This document shows positions 63,101 through 64,000 of a stretch of 64,000 bases of DNA, piece after piece. The first letter of the stretch is position 1. Every line of letters begins with the position of its first letter. Below the pieces are notes generated by a model. It did no database searches, was not told the DNA's origin, and saw only the letters and a list, made by a program, of their open reading frames with translations. The stretch spans positions 36,806,600 to 36,870,599 of the forward strand of contig NC_057718.1 of assembly GCF_004010195.1 (NCBI RefSeq). The letters run 5' to 3'. The position numbers and the translations under genes were made by a program. Source of the stretch: Chiloscyllium plagiosum (Eukaryota).

Positions 63101-64000
63101 CAGCACCATCTCAGTTTCGATCAGAGCCATTGCTGCCACTTAAGAGAAAAATATAGTGAAACTTCATGACAATTTGGTAAAAGAATGTGCCAATGCTTCA
63201 AAATATATAAACATTGGTGCCACTTATTCATTTAAAAAACTATTGTATTGGATACAGCCAGTGATGGATGGGATTCCTTGAACCATACAATTACATTGGG
63301 AAAGTTGAGTGCTTCTGGAAAAGGGAAAAAAATAGTAAAACTTGGAATTGACTCATACTGGCTCATCTTGTATACCTGAAAATGGAACTTACATACATTA
63401 ATTTCCCAGCTTTACAGTTTTCCTTCACATAAAAGGAAGAATTTTTGCATTAACAAAATATATATTTAGACACTTTGTGCACCAGAATTCTAACATTTGG
63501 AATTTAGTCATTAAATTGAAATTTTGATAACTCAAGGCTGTACTGCTCAGTACCATCAGCCAAGCACTGTTGAATGTATGTTTGTGAATTAAGCTTTTCC
63601 TGTTGAGGATGGTCAGGCATAGGGTAGAGATAAGGGTACAAAAGAAAATTGTACACATTGCTTTAATTTGAATATGGTAAAACAATACAACAATTGCAAA
63701 TAATGTGGAGGAAAACTGAACATATTGTACAATGCTATTGTTGTCTCAGATCCAAACTGCCAAGGCATTTTCCATTTCTCTTTGCTCTCCACATTATACA
63801 GTACATGAGCAGACATGCAGACTTTTCATGTCTAATCTGCTGCCATCACATTGCATTGGATTTACTCTCACAATCACATTCTTTCTGATCTTACATCAAA
63901 TAGTGTCAGTGTTCACTTTATCTATGTTAAGGAACTTGTGTAGAAACACAAGTAGTTTTTTTTAGCCATTGCACTTCAGAATATGCAATACTTAGAATAA

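Overview
Eukaryotic, repeat-dominated, apparently non-genic (intergenic or intronic) DNA. It is most likely from a cartilaginous fish (shark), inferred from HE1-type V-SINEs together with CR1, Rex1, Penelope and Gmr1 families. I could not support any host protein-coding gene; nearly every ORF in the track is a decayed transposon fragment or its antisense shadow. Contents: many CR1 and CR1/L2-group LINE pieces; two Rex1/Babar LINEs; one internal L1 fragment; two Gypsy elements with the Gmr1-type IN-before-RT layout; one Mag-like Gypsy; two Harbinger-like copies, one with a Myb/SANT remnant; a TA-flanked Tc1/mariner-type MITE; several tRNA-derived SINEs; about 13 Penelope-like (PLE) pieces; and a 192-N gap. 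Four observations stand out. (1) The PLE terminal repeats carry a minimal hammerhead-ribozyme-like motif and occur as short fold-back insertions, most with 13-15 bp target-site duplications (TSDs), whose turn points cluster in that motif. (2) A 1.46 kb composite bounded by a perfect 14-bp TSD has two same-orientation hammerhead motifs bracketing an L1 fragment. (3) Two divergent A-tailed elements inserted one after the other at the identical site of a Gypsy LTR and share a twin-hairpin 3' motif, suggesting target-specific retrotransposition. (4) A 200-bp-arm inverted duplication is reconstructable as a template switch inside a SINE. TSD, LTR and hairpin coordinates were read base by base; boundaries of old degenerate repeats are approximate (tens of bp). 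Family assignments come from recalled motifs, not database searches.
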